From NCBI RefSeq assembly GCF_006345805.1, contig NC_043021.1, positions 18,600,001 through 18,664,000 of the forward strand: a stretch of 64,000 bases of DNA, read 5' to 3'. The notes under the pieces were generated by a model. That model did no database searches and was not told the DNA's origin. It worked only from the letters and a program-made list of their open reading frames with translations. The position numbers were made by a program, and so were the translations under genes. Below are positions 48,844 through 64,000 of the stretch, one piece after another. This stretch comes from Octopus sinensis (taxonomy: Eukaryota). Within the stretch, counting starts at the first letter, position 1; every line of letters begins with the position of its first letter.

Positions 48844-50754
48844 CAAAATTCTTTGAAACAACAAAGAATTCCACAAAGTAGAATCCCTCCCTATTACCCT
48901 TAAGTGTATTGGGGATGTGACAGAACCAATCAGACAACACAACAAGTCAATATTGTTAGCTTTAAGGCGGCAAGCTGGCAGAATCGTTAGAGTTCCCGGC
49001 AAAATGCTTAGTAGTATTTCGTCTGTCTTTACGTTCTGAGTTCAAATTCCGCTGAGGTCGGCTTTGCCTTTCATCCTTTCAGGGTCGATAAAATAAGTAC
49101 CAGTTGAGCACTTGGGTCAATGTAACCCACTTATTCCCTTCCCCGAAATTGCTGACCTTGTACCAAAATCTGAAACTAATATTGTAATCTTTAAAGTCAT
49201 AGAATCTTCCAGAATTTTATTTGTACAGATGTTGCTGTTTCATTATCATTATTAATATCACAACTTCAACATTCACTTCTCTCTGTGTAATTCAACTGCT
49301 TCTAATGAACCAATTAACGACCATTCCTTCATGAAACACACTTCTCCACTTAGTGTTACTTTATCGTCTTGCTTAATTCTGCTGACGTTGACCTAATGAA
49401 ACAAACACAAACATGTGTACACATGCAGAAGCAATACCACAATGTCATAACAGGTTTTACCTTTGTTCAGAAAAGTCTTGCAGATGTAGACATTGTGTCC
49501 CATTTTGTGATTTGTCACAATGTCTCCAACATCTCTGATTATAAATAGCCAAGTTTTTTAAAATTAGGCTTCACAAATGCTGATTCATTTCCAGGCCTCA
49601 ATAACATTTTCTCCTCCTCATTCTTCGTTCTATGACAATCCTCTTTCACAAGAGGGACATTTTTTTGTTTTTGAGTCAGCAGAGATTGGGGATATTATTT
49701 CATGGAGCCTATCGTGCCCACCACTCCTGTTTATGAACTTTGTCGTCCAAAAAGAGCTACAAAATCAACAGAAAGAGTAAATCTGAAACTTTATTTCGAG
49801 TATAAACATTTGAAAAGAAGAATTTTATTGAATTGAAAAAAAGGAATTGCTTTGAAATTTTGGTACAAGGTCAGTGATTTCAGGGGAGGGGTTATGTCGA
49901 TTTCATCCACCCCACTGTCTGACTGGTACTTATTTTATTGACCCCAGAATGATGAAAAGCAAAGTTGACCCCAGCGGAATTTGAACACAGAACATATAGA
50001 TCAACAAAGTGCTGCTGAGTTTTCTGTCCAACGATTCTGCCAGTTTGCTGCCTTACGAATGGGAGGGGGGGGGGATTAAAATCAGTTAAAAGTTGAATGA
50101 AAGCTTGGAACAGTGAATGACTGAACATTCTTTTGCAAAGAGTGTCATGGTACTCTGTTGGTTACGATGATGAGGGTTCCAGTTGATCCGATCAACGGAA
50201 CAGCCTGCTCATGAAATTAATGTGTAAGTGGCTGAGCACTCCACAGACACGTGTACCTATTTCTTTACTACCCACAAGGGGCTAAATACAGAGAGGACAA
50301 ACAAGGACAGACAAACGGATTAAGTCGATTATATCGACCCCAGTGCGTAACTGGTACTTATTTAATCGACCCCGAAAGGATGAAAGGCAAAGTCGACCTC
50401 AGCGTGTACCCTTAATGTAGTTCTCAGGGATTAAGCATGACACAGTGTGATGAGGCTGGCCCTTTGAAATACAGGTACAACAGAAACAGGAAGAAAGAGT
50501 GAGAGAAAGTTGTGGTGAAAGAGTACATCAGAGTTCACCACCACCCCCTGCCGGAGCCTCGTGGAGCTTTAGGTGTTTTCACTAAACACTCACAACACTC
50601 GGTCTAATATTCGAAACTGTGATCCCACGATCGCGAATCTGCTGCCCTAACCACTGGGCCATTGCGCCTCCACTGTTAGGGTGTAACAGGCAAATAACTG
50701 TATTTTATAAGTTGGCATAACTGTAGTTATAATGGAGACGATGGTGATGGTGGT

Positions 50755-51043
50755 AGCAAAAAAGGGAAGCAAAAAAGGGTAGCAAAAAAGGGAAGCAAAA
50801 AAGGGAAGCAAAAAAGGGAAGCAAAAAAGGGTAGCAAAAAAGGGAAGCAAAAAAGGGTAGCAAAAAAGGGAAGCAAAAAAGGGAAGCAAAAAAGGGTAGC
50901 AAAAAAGGGAAGCAAAAAAGGGTAGCAAAAAAGGGAAGCAAAAAAGGGAAGCAAAAAAGGGTAGCAAAAAAGGGAAGCAAAAAAGGGTAGCAAAAAAGGG
51001 TAGCAAAAAAGGGTAGCAAAAAAGGGAAGCAAAAAAGGGAAGC
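50755..51043. repeat. 13 bp minisatellite (AGCAAAAAAGGGW) x22
   Basis: Counted directly; only the last base varies (A/T). Confidence 0.95.
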
Positions 51044-51900
51044 TTCATCTAACTGAAGGTGGGGGAGGGTCTTAGCACTGGTTCGGTGGATCTATAACGC
51101 CGCCTGGTGAGGGCCGTGGAGTGTAGAAGACATACATTTTTAAGAGAGAGAAAGAATTCAGAGAGTTAATATTTAGACGCCTGTTAAGTGTGGCAGGGCA
51201 TTAAAAGAAATGTCCAACTCCAAGGATCGTGTCGTATAATGCAAACTAGACTAACATAATGATCAGCCGCAGCTGGTCTAAGGTTAATAGTAAAGGTAGA
51301 GGCCCCTTTTGGTCACGAATGACCATGGGATTGCACTTAGAAAGTTCCCTTCTGAGGGACAAGTGTGGGCAAGGTTGTTTATGGAAGACCAGCAGTCGTC
51401 CATGCATACCAGCCTCCCCTCTCCAGACCACCAATGTTGTTCAAAGGAAAAGCATAAGGGGTCGATACAGCTTAGCACCAGTGACATCGCAACTCATTTC
51501 TACAGCTGGGATAACTGGAGCAATGCGAAATAAAGTGTCTTGCTCAAGAACACAACACACAACCTTGTTCGGGAATCCGGGTCTCACATTTGCTCTCTGT
51601 TTGGCAATTCTCTGCCCCTGCTATCTGCTCTTTTCTCCATTTCAAAGTGATCCCTGCACATTTTGAAATCCCAATTTCCATTCCTGTACAGTCTCAACTG
51701 AACTCTCTATTTCAGTCTCTGTCTTTGCAAACAGTTGTTAATTATCCATGAAGAGAAGCTGGTAGAGGCGAGTTTCATAGAACACCTTTTTTGGTTTTTG
51801 CACAGAGTATTGTTCTAGAGAATGTCTGTCAAACAAGTAATTTAGAAGTTTGTTTATTATCATTATTGTTGTTATTATTATTGTTGTTGTTGTTATTATA

Positions 51901-52395
51901 TGAAGACTCACATCTTATTTTGTTGGGTATGATGGAAAGTGTCAGCTGTCCACAGCCAGCAGACTAAGGTATCACTTGTTTATTGGTCATGCTTCAAGAA
52001 CCCTGCGAAGAATTCTTGCTGTTCCAAGCAATGTTGATTTTTGTAGGTATTCTACCTTCACACTTGCACCAATCTTTTTCAGCCATGTTATTAGTTGAGT
52101 GCTGATACTTCCAAGTACACCAATTACTATTGGTATCACGTCTACTACTCTCTTCATTGACCACAACCTTCGTATCTCCCACTTCAAATCGTCATAGTTG
52201 TTCAGTTTTTTCTTCGTCTTCTTTCTTTTTGATTCTGTTATTACCAGGAGATGCTATGTCGATTACGACGTATGTTCTTCCTTTTTCATTCATCACAAAA
52301 CTGTTCGGTTTCCAATGTCTGGTCAGGTGACCACACTGAATCATTGACTCCCACAAGATTTTACAATTCTAATTCTCAATAACTCCTTCCAGCCC
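51901..52395 (-). mobile_element. Decayed 3' end of a restriction-like-endonuclease non-LTR retrotransposon (R4/Dong-like)
   Basis: Translation KILWESMIQC..KPNSFV..VVIDIASPGNNRIKKKE / DLKWEIRRLW..IPIVIGVLG..LQKSTLLGTARILRRVL matches the RLE C-terminus; one stop, one frameshift; ends in (TAA/CAA)n. Confidence 0.8.
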
Positions 52396-53468
52396 TTTCA
52401 AATGTAGTCACGTATGATCGTCAGTCATATGTAGATCTCTATAGTCACAGCTGACATCACTCTGACAGCGAGACCAAGACAAAGCTTTCCAGGCGCTGAG
52501 CCATGGCTTCACAGGAATTCATTGTTGCCTCTGGCAATAAACTGGTCGCAACAGAATAAGGGAGACGAGGGAAGGAGGTGGTGGATGGGACAGAAAAGAC
52601 AGTAGGGGAGGTAACTCTCAAAGGCAAGTCTCGCCCGATAAATATTTCAGATTCGATGGGGGGGGGGGTCTATGAACTGTATTCAAACACAGACACCTTT
52701 ATATTTAAATCTAAATAGATTCAGTTGAGGGTCAGACAAAATACCTTTCAGTATTTAATTACGTTACTTTACATACAAATCCAGCTCTTCGTCTTTCTGA
52801 GGTCGATTAAAATATATAATTACCGGCCAAGTACTAAAGACCAAATAATCAACTAATCCCCTCTTCCGCCGTAATTTGTGGCATTCAGCCGATGTAAGGA
52901 ATCGATACTTAAATATATTTAATCAATGCATCAGGCCGGCGGTGAATTAGTGGAAACGTTGTCGACAGATAAAACTTCCTGGCGATATTTCGGCACCTCT
53001 CATAAGTATTCGAATCCAGATTTTACTCAAATTAATTTTTCCCCCACCTCTGATGGTTGAGGGAATGAATTAAAAAATGGGGTTGGAAGTTTATGAACAT
53101 CTCTTCCTGACTCTTAAAATGTTTGGATGTGTGTCAGAAATCAACACATACACACTTTTAACTGGTCATTAAAAATATGCAAAAAGTCTAGTTTTCTTAA
53201 TTGGATCATACACACACACACATATATATTTCTTTACTACCCACAAGGGGGTAAACATAGAGAGGACAAACAAGGACAGACAAAGGGATTAAGTCGATTA
53301 CATCGACGCCAGTGCGTAAATGGTGCTTAATTTATCGACCCCAAAAGGATGAAAGGCAAAGTCGACCTCAGCGTAATTTGAACTCATATATATATACGTG
53401 TGTCTATACATATATATTTTTTGATTTTGATTTTTCCAGTTTCAGCTTATGAGCTGTGGCCATGCTGG

Positions 53469-53523
<55 letters not shown>

Positions 53524-53524
53524 G

Positions 53525-53568
<44 letters not shown>

Positions 53569-53595
53569 GTATATGTTATATATATATATATATAT

Positions 53596-53627
<32 letters not shown>

Positions 53628-53644
53628 TATATAATATATATATA

Positions 53645-53691
<47 letters not shown>

Positions 53692-54006
53692 TTAATGTTG
53701 GACATTAGCGGGAGCTAGTTATGCTCAGTTTTGAAAACTCGCAGTAGTGCTCAAATGTATTTGAACTTAATCCGAATTCTTCACCCAGAATTAGGTCCAC
53801 GGGTCAAGGGTGACTTTAAAAGAAATCCAAGGTACGCTAATATGGAGGTAATGATGTAGATAAACAAAATTAGGCTTGACACACATATATATTTATATAT
53901 AAACTCCATTATTTCGGTTGTTATTTCTATACAATAGGGAGTAAATTCAATAAGCATTGCCTTTACCAAAACAACCGATTCTTAGGTCTCTAGTTTCAAC
54001 CGTAAA

Positions 54007-54108
54007 ATGAAGGCAGATGAGAAGCGATGTTCTTGTAAAGGAATCCGATCTTGTTTATTATGCGAAGATTCTTCCAAGAATACAACAGTCGCACACGAGA
54101 AGCTCCAG
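54007..54108 (+). CDS. ALKBH4: ALKBH4 first coding exon (MKADEKRCSCKGIRSCLLCEDSSKNTTVAHEKLQ)
   Basis: CxCKGIRxCLxCE is the characteristic N-terminal Cys motif of ALKBH4; AAAATG start, CAG|GTAAAC donor after 34 codons. No downstream exon recognised in the window. Confidence 0.85.
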
Positions 54109-56207
54109 GTAAACACAAACATTGTTACCATTCCTACAATTCATAAAACCGCCCCGGGAAGGTGCCTGGTTCAAACCGCGTGCCGGCGGTTGCCGTTTTG
54201 TTATTTATTATTTTTAAAAAACATCGAATTGATGAACAGGATTTAGAGCCGGGTTAAATGTCTTTGAGTATTTTTTTCCATCCGCTTACATTTCGTTATC
54301 GAAGTCTTTATTCCTCCTCCCTAAGGCTAGTGGACGAAGTCCCACTAGGTTTACTCAAATGCCACGTCTCTCTAGGACAAACACGATTTTTCTTGAATGA
54401 AAAACGAAAGAAACGATTATAAATGCAAACAAAATGAAATATAAATTGATATGTAGATAAATATAAGGGTTTATATAACTGGGAAGACGGAAACTGTGTA
54501 GAAGCCTGACGAGTAAGACTATACCTGTTGTCATATGGTACCTTAGGTTCTTTAGCAGAATCCTACTCTATGGCAAGTATTTGGGCCTCGTTTCCTGTGG
54601 AGATAACTACCCTTTTTTTTTTTCAACTCCCATCAAAAGGCTTAACGGGTGCTTCTCTCCGTCCTATCACTTAATCGTAAAAATTACAATATGTAATAAT
54701 TAATGGAAAAACAGAATGGGTAGAACGACGGATAAAATGTGTTACCGCATTCCGTGGTGAACCTCTGCGTTCTCAGTTCGGTTCCTACCGAGATCGAATT
54801 TACCTTTTATCCTTCCAGGTTCGATAAAATAAACTCTCCGCGAAATATTGGATTCGATCCAGCCAACTCTGTCTGTCTGTCTGTCTCTGTCTCTCTCTCT
54901 TTCTCACACACACACAACACACACACACACACACACACTCGAACAAACAAATGTATGACCTGTGCCCCTTTTTTTAGATTGATCTATTTTAAAGACAGGT
55001 ATGAGGTTTGGCAGACTCGAATCGGTGGAGCATCGTATTGTCGTTGACAAACATTATTTAGTTCTGTGTGTGTTAACCTGCCCCTAATTGATGCTAGTAT
55101 CATTGATAGTGTGAGCGTTAATTAGGCAACTGTTTTAATTAAAATCTGACGTTAATGAAGAAAACAGAATACACATGTAATCTTGTGTCGAAATTCTTTC
55201 ATTCCTTGAAGATTACTTTTGTTTTAAAACAATTTACCTTGGACACCATAGAGTATAGAAGGTAATTACGTCTATAATTACTCGAGATTCCTTAGAATGT
55301 GTGAGTTCACCAGCGCCACCACCACCACCACCACCACCACTACTACCACCATCATCATTTAATGTCCATGTTCCTTGCTGACACGAATTGGTCAGTTTGA
55401 CAAGATCTGATAATCTAGAAGATTGCCTTGAGATGCAATGTCTGTTTTGGCATGATGTCAACAGCTTGATGTCCTTCCTAACACCAGCCACTGAATGTCT
55501 TTTTTTTTTCCTTCCTTCCTTTGTGTGATACTTACAGTAGAAACCATGCCGAAGTAGAGAAGGAATCCTCAGGCTTTACAGATCCTGCCAACCCATGCCG
55601 CCAACATGGAAAATAGACATTAAGTGGTGATGATGAGATATACATATGGTTCCAGGTTCAGTCCCACTGTATAGTACGTTTTTTTTTTTTAATAGCACCA
55701 GGTCGACCAAAGCCTTGTAAGTGGATTTAGTAGAAAGAAACTGAAAGAAGCCTGTAGTATACACACACACACAGACACACACACACCACACACACACCAC
55801 ACACACCACACACATCATTCAAAAGAAAGTAAGAAAATGGAGATATAACATTTAATAAAAATTCATTATCTGCAAAAATCAAACATGGTCCCTTACAGCT
55901 TTTTCAATTAAGCCTAATTGACTAAATAGTAATTAATAAAATCATTATATTTGGCAAAATCTCTTCAGAAGAGTAGAAAAAAGATATGCCATTAGGGTTT
56001 TAAGAGCTGTATTTTAGAATTCTCACAGCAGAATCATCTCTTAACAAGGTTAATTTAACCATGTGGTTGGTAAACAAGCTACTTACCACACAGCCATTCC
56101 TGCGCCTATATATATATTATCGTTAATGGCATGAATTTGTTGTGGTCGTTTGGATGATAACGGAGGAAGCTTTAGTGAAGTTCTATATGCATATATATAT
56201 ATATATA

Positions 56208-56634
56208 GGATCTTTTTGGTTTGAACAGCAGTTTTTAACATAATTTCTAGGTAACTAAAAAATTTTAAACTTCATATACTGGTAGAATGTGTTTATAAAA
56301 CATCTTTTTCTCTTGCCTTTATTGAGAAAATTCTATAGTTTGTAAGATATTTGTTGTTTTTTTTCTTCAATTTCTGCAATTTCAACCAATCAGTGACGTC
56401 CATTGAGGTAAACAACATTCTGTGCCATATGAATATGTCCCTCGTTTAAGAAACAGATTGGGTTTATTTACATTTGTGAAGAAAAAAAGATACCCTTCCC
56501 CCTAACCCTTACCCTAACTAAACCTAACCCTAAAATAGATTGAAATGCAATAGATCGATACTAGGGTCATAATTATGGGTGACAATTTCATATGACACCG
56601 CTAGAAAAAACTGCCGTTCAAACTGAAAAGATCC
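56208..56634. mobile_element. Related GGATC...GATCC MITE inserted in (TA)n
   Basis: Same terminal motifs and AAACTTCRTATACTGGTAGAATGTG block; internal degenerate (CCCTAA)n. Confidence 0.7.
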
Positions 56635-56641
56635 TATATAT

Positions 56642-56674
<33 letters not shown>

Positions 56675-57544
56675 CTAAATTCTGCTTGTGAAGCCCTGTT
56701 GAGGCAAGTGAAATCGAAATCGAAATCAAATTCGATGATTGGCATCTGTGCTAGTGGAGCGCTAAAAGCACCATCCGAGCGTGATCATTACCAGCATTGC
56801 CTTACTGGTGCTTGTGTCGGTGGCACATGAAAAAATATTCGTGCGAGGTTGTTGCCAGTACCGCTCGACTGGCTCCTGTGCAGGTGGCATGTAAAAAGCA
56901 CCATTTGAGCGTGGCCGTTGCCAGTACTGCCTGATTGGCCCTCATGCTGGTGGCACGTAAAAGCACCCACTACACTCTCGGAGTGATTAGCATTAGGAAG
57001 GGCATCCAGCAGTAGAAACTCTGCCAGATCAGATTGGAGTCTGATGCAGCCATCTGGTTCACCAGACCTCAGTCAAATCGTCCAACCCATGCCAGCATGG
57101 AAAGGAGACGTTAAACGATGATTATGATGATATATATATATATATAGGCGCAGGAGTGGCTGTGTGATAAGTAGCTTGCTTACAAACCACATGGTCCTGG
57201 GTTCACTCCCATGGCGTGGCACCTTGGGCAAGTGTCTTCTACTATAGCTTTGGGCTGATCAAAGCCTTGTGAATGGATTTGGTGGATGGAAACTGGAAGA
57301 AGGCCATCGTATATGTATATATATATATATATATCTATATGTATGTGTGGGTATATGTTTGTGTGTATGTGTTTGTCCCCCACCACTGTTTGACAACTGG
57401 TTTTGGTTTGTGTGTGACCCTGTAACTTAGCAGCTTTGCAAAAGAGACCGACAGAATAAATACCAAGGTTTAGAAAAAAAAACGGTAATGAATGCGGAAC
57501 AATCTGGTTGGGAAGCAGACTTCTCACTACCCAGTCACACCTGT

Positions 57545-59305
<1,761 letters not shown>

Positions 59306-59878
59306 GCAAATGAATAATAACGGACAATGGATAAATGTCAGTATTCATTTGCTTATAACACATCAAAGGGGTTCCGAACACGCTGGACATCCTTGAGTAT
59401 ACCAAACAACCTATGATCAACACAGCCTGTGCATTGGACCAGCCCATAGCCGTTAAATACACGTAGGGGTGGTTTTCTCTGTGTTTACAGCCTGAATGTT
59501 TTACTGGATATTTATTCAATTAAAGGTGGTGATCACAGGTTAGCTCAACCCTACCTGGTGCGTATCATTCAAGTACCCAATTCTCTCAAGAATCTTTATT
59601 ATTATTATTATTATTATCATTATTACTATTATTATTATTATTATCATTATTAAGGTGGTGAGCTGGCAGAATCGTTAGCACGCTGGGTGAAATACTTTAG
59701 CAGTATTTCATCTGTCAGTACATTCTAAGTTCAAATTCCACTGAGGTTTACTTTGCCTTTCATCCTTTCAGGGTTGATTAAATATGTACCAGTTATGCAC
59801 TGAGGTAAATGTAATTGATTTAATCCTTTCCCCAGATTTGAGGCCTTGTGCTTCCAGTAAAAAGGATTATTATCATGG

Positions 59879-60208
59879 GCCATACGTCCCCTGCCCAATT
59901 CAAGATCACAGCATACATGTACACTGCAACATAATTTCTTTTCCTCAACAGGCCCTGCCCTGTTTAACATTGTCCCAAAAGAGATCAAAGAGGAAAAGGA
60001 TCCCATCAACTTTAAACGGAGTCTGGATAGATTCCTTCAAGGAATACTAGATAAGCCACCCATAATTGGATACAACTCACCCAACAAAAACTCACTATTT
60101 GAATGGATCATAAACAAAACTTGACTTAAATAGGATTTAGATAATCCTATCAGGTGGTGCTATTAAGTTAGACATGGCCTGGACCAATCTTTGGTCGAAA
60201 CATATCTA

Positions 60209-60212
<4 letters not shown>
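59879..60212 (+). mobile_element. 3' fragment of a CR1/L2-type LINE (ORF2 C-terminus + 3' UTR)
   Basis: Open frame 59879-60124 ..HNFFSSTGPALFNIVPKEIKEEKDPINFKRSLDRFLQGILDKP..NSL; ends at (TA)n. Confidence 0.65.
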
Positions 60213-60249
<37 letters not shown>

Positions 60250-61840
60250 TCAGCATTTATTGTCCGTTTTCCATGCAGGCATGGGTCGGACAATTTGACT
60301 GGAGCTGGCAAGCCAGAGAGATACACCTGGCTGTTTTGGCATGGTTTCTAAGACTGGATACCCTTCCTAATGCCAACCACTTTATAGACTGTACTGGGTG
60401 CTTTTTATGTGGCACCAGCGCAGTTACTGGTACACACACACATACACACACACATATGGTGGTGGTTGGGGAACTATAAGAGATAAAGAAAAATTGTGAA
60501 GACCATATTTTTTTTTCTTGTTGTGTGTTTCTAATGGGATGAGTGAGGTGGAAACGGTAGAATCATTAGACCACAAAACAAACCAACCTGTGGTATTTCT
60601 CTCGGCTCTCTGCACCATAAGTTCAAATCCTGCTGAGGTTAGCATAGCCTTTCAGATTTTCTGGGTCAGTGAAATAAAGAACCAGATCAGCGCAACTGAT
60701 TGGCAGAATTGTTAAGGGATCAGCTGACATACCTTGTGGTATTAGCTCTGCCTTCTTCAGTGACCAACTAAATCCACCACCACCACCACCACCATCATGA
60801 CCCCTTGAGCGGTCCCTCTATTTTAAGCATATGGGCCAAGCTTCACATTTTGATGACAATTTCCTTCCATTAATCTGGGCGAGCCTGAAAAATAAAAAAA
60901 GGTTCTCAATTAATACCCTTTCCTCCCTGAGTTAGAAGTAAAAAGAAATATAAAAATACTTTTGTATAAAGAAAATATGCAGGAAAATATTTTCTCCATA
61001 TATGGAAGTAATTGTGTGTGTGTGTGTGTGTATCTCTTTCTCTTTTACTTGTTTCAGTCATTTGACTGCGGCCATGCTGGAGCACCGCCTTTAGTCGAGC
61101 GAATCAACCCTGAGACTTACTCTTTGTAAGCCCAGTACTTATTCTATCGGTCTCTTTTTGCCGAACCGCTAAGTGACGGGGACGTAAACACACCAGCATC
61201 GGTTGTCAAGCAATGCTAGGGGGGGACAAACACAGACACAAAAACACACACACGCACATATATATATATACATATATACAACAGGCTTCTTTCAGTTTCC
61301 GTCTACCAAATCCACTCACAAGGCATTGGTCGGCCTGGGGCTATAGCAGAAGACACTTGCCCAAGATGCCACGCAGTGGGATTGAACCCGGAACCATGTG
61401 GTTGGTTAGCAAGCTACTTACCACACAGTCACTCCTGCACCTGTGTGTGTGTGTGTGTGTGTGAAATATGGTTAAATATATATAAAAACTGAGAATAGTC
61501 GTAAGTTGTGTGTGTATGTATTTGCGAATAGGTTTGTATTGTATGTGTGTGTGAGAATAGACTATGTATTGTTGTGTGGTGAGTATTGTATGTCTGTGTG
61601 CATGTTTATTGGATTAGGTTATGTTAGTGTGCATGCATGCGTGTGTGTGTGTGTGTATACAGGTGGCATATATTTCTTACATATAGGTTGATAATGTGCC
61701 AAACTTCCCTTGGTCTCCAGTCAAAAGCTGATGGAAAAGAATGGTCTCCTTGGGGTTTGCTTGCTTTCTGCATTTTACCTGTTTGCTTAATTATCTCTCT
61801 CTCTCTTATATATAAATATAATATATATATATATATATAT

Positions 61841-61872
<32 letters not shown>

Positions 61873-61911
61873 GATATATATATAGAATATATATATATAT
61901 ATATATATTTC

Positions 61912-61953
<42 letters not shown>

Positions 61954-61965
61954 AATATATATATA

Positions 61966-62038
<73 letters not shown>

Positions 62039-62076
62039 TATCTATATATTATAAATATATAATATATATATATATA

Positions 62077-62144
<68 letters not shown>

Positions 62145-62533
62145 GGCCTCCATGCCGGTGGCACGTAAAAAGCACCATCCAATCGTGGCCGTTAGCCAGC
62201 CTCGTCTGGCCCCCGTGCCTGTGGCACATAAAAAGCACCATCCGATCGTTGCCGTTTGCCAGCCTCGTCTGGCACCTGTGCAGGTGGCACATAAAAAGCA
62301 CCCACTACACTCAAGGAGTGGTTGGCGTTAGGAAGGGCATCCAGCTGTAGAAATGCTGCCAGATCAGACTGGGCCTGGCGCAGCCTTCTGGCTCCCCAGA
62401 CCCCAGTTGAACCGTCCAACCCATGCTAGCATGGAAAACAGACGTTAAACGATGATGATGATGATGATGATTATATATATATATATATATACACACACAT
62501 ATATATATATATAAATATATGTATTTATATATA

Positions 62534-62571
<38 letters not shown>

Positions 62572-64000
62572 CATGCACAGACACACATATAAATATAAGT
62601 ATTATATATATATATATACACACACACATAGTTCTTTGTTGAACTAAAAGACCAGACACCATTACACCATAGCCACAACAACCAGTGCAAATGGCACCTG
62701 TTGTTGTTGTTGTTGTTTACAGTAAATGACAAGACAAGTCTCTAGTAGCAGTAGTAGTAGTAGTAGTAGTAGTAGCAGTAGCAGTAGTTGTTGTTGTTAA
62801 TTAGTAATTTGCTATTTGAATCATTCAGTGTCCTTACTTTGGTTATCTGTCTTTAGCATTCATTTTTGTTATTGTTGTAGTAGTTGTTAAAGTTAATAGT
62901 AGTAGTGGTGGTGGTGTTGGTTGTGGTGGTTAATGTACTGGTTGTCGTAGAGGTGTTGCTAATAGTGGTAGTGGTGGTAGTAGTAGTGATGGTTAATATA
63001 TTGGTTGTTGTGATGATGGTTATGACATCTAAAGATTTCCTAGTTGTGTGGTCTCCCTGGTAAAAACAACTTTTACTGGCTCCACTCGCTAAACTGTGGC
63101 CATACTGCAGCACTGCTATCCATGTTTCGGCAGCTTCGGTATTTTTTTTTTTTTCATTTACTCTCCCCAGACGAGGGAACTTTTTCTTGTCTTGCAAATT
63201 ACTTGGTGACCCCACTAGTGCTGGTGCCCCCAAAAAAGAAGCTCCCAGTACATTTTTGTAAAGTGGTTGGCATTAGGAAGAGAATCCGGCTGCCATAACA
63301 GACAATGGAACTTGGCACAGCCCTCTGGTATAACAGCTCTAGTCAAACCCATGCTAACATGGAGAATGGATATTACATGATGATGATAATGATGATGATG
63401 ATGATTAGTTAGATTTGGAGAAGGGGCTGAGCCCTTTGTGGTCTCTGCAGATCCCTTTCCCCCCCCAGACTAGAAGGAGTGATGCTGTTACTATTCCCTC
63501 TTCAACATTTGTAAGTGAACAACTCCAAGAAAAATATGTGCAGAGAGGGACTTCCAGCAGGATGAAAATCCTGAGGAAGAAGGATTGGATGTAGAATCAA
63601 GGGTGGGTATATTAGCTGGAGGTGGCCTGCTCTGAGTGATGCTTTTGTTGGGGTGGTGTTTGTATGTGTGTGTGTGGGGGGTCTTCTGTATGAGCCTGTG
63701 TAAGGGACAACAGGTGCAGGGTGGTGCATTCTCAAGGGCTTCCCTGGGTAGCTGTGTCACTGGGTGGGTATGCTCAGTTATGGGAGATGAGAGGAAGACA
63801 AATGAGAAAGTCAAGGGTAGCCCTTAACCAGCCTTGTCCACTACTAGGACAGTGGCCATCCTAGTAGTGGTCTAAAAAGGCAGGAAGAGGACATAGCGTA
63901 TATGGGTGTGGGGAGTGTAGAGGATGGAGTGTGTTACTGAGTGACTTCACGTGAAATCAGGTGAGTGACCTTTCTCAGGATATGCTCCAGGACAATCAGA

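Noticed and set aside
50647-51048. Phe-rich ORFs open in three frames
   Set aside because: Translation of the 13 bp minisatellite; no coding evidence.
61650-61800. Candidate ALKBH4 exon 2 after TATACAG
   Set aside because: The phase-0 frame reaches TAG after 7 codons and has no ALKBH4 motifs (PFPG, SQSGRRKQ). Exon 2 is probably beyond the window.

Overview
Eukaryotic, AT-rich and very repeat-dense DNA. The SINE/MITE/microsatellite repertoire looks like a coleoid cephalopod, most likely Octopus (inference from repeat families, not proven). Two host genes can be read. (1) NAA25 (NatB auxiliary subunit, MDM20 family) on the minus strand: 13 coding exons from ATG 42587 down to 146, all GT-AG and phase-consistent, 1438 nt (about 479 codons), with a 24.5 kb first intron. 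The gene continues past the left edge. (2) The first coding exon of ALKBH4 on the plus strand (54007-54108), divergent from NAA25. Nearly all other listed ORFs are artefacts of SINEs and microsatellites. The rest is tRNA-derived SINEs, RTE-tail elements, piggyBac/hAT/Tc1-type MITEs, LINE 3' fragments (RTE, CR1/L2, R4/Dong-like) and minisatellites. The most interesting signal is a set of short, often fold-back, mostly microsatellite-associated elements carrying minimal type I hammerhead ribozyme motifs with palindromic stem III, as known from Penelope-like elements and retrozymes. One copy has an intact core (11350-11460); four others are degenerate.
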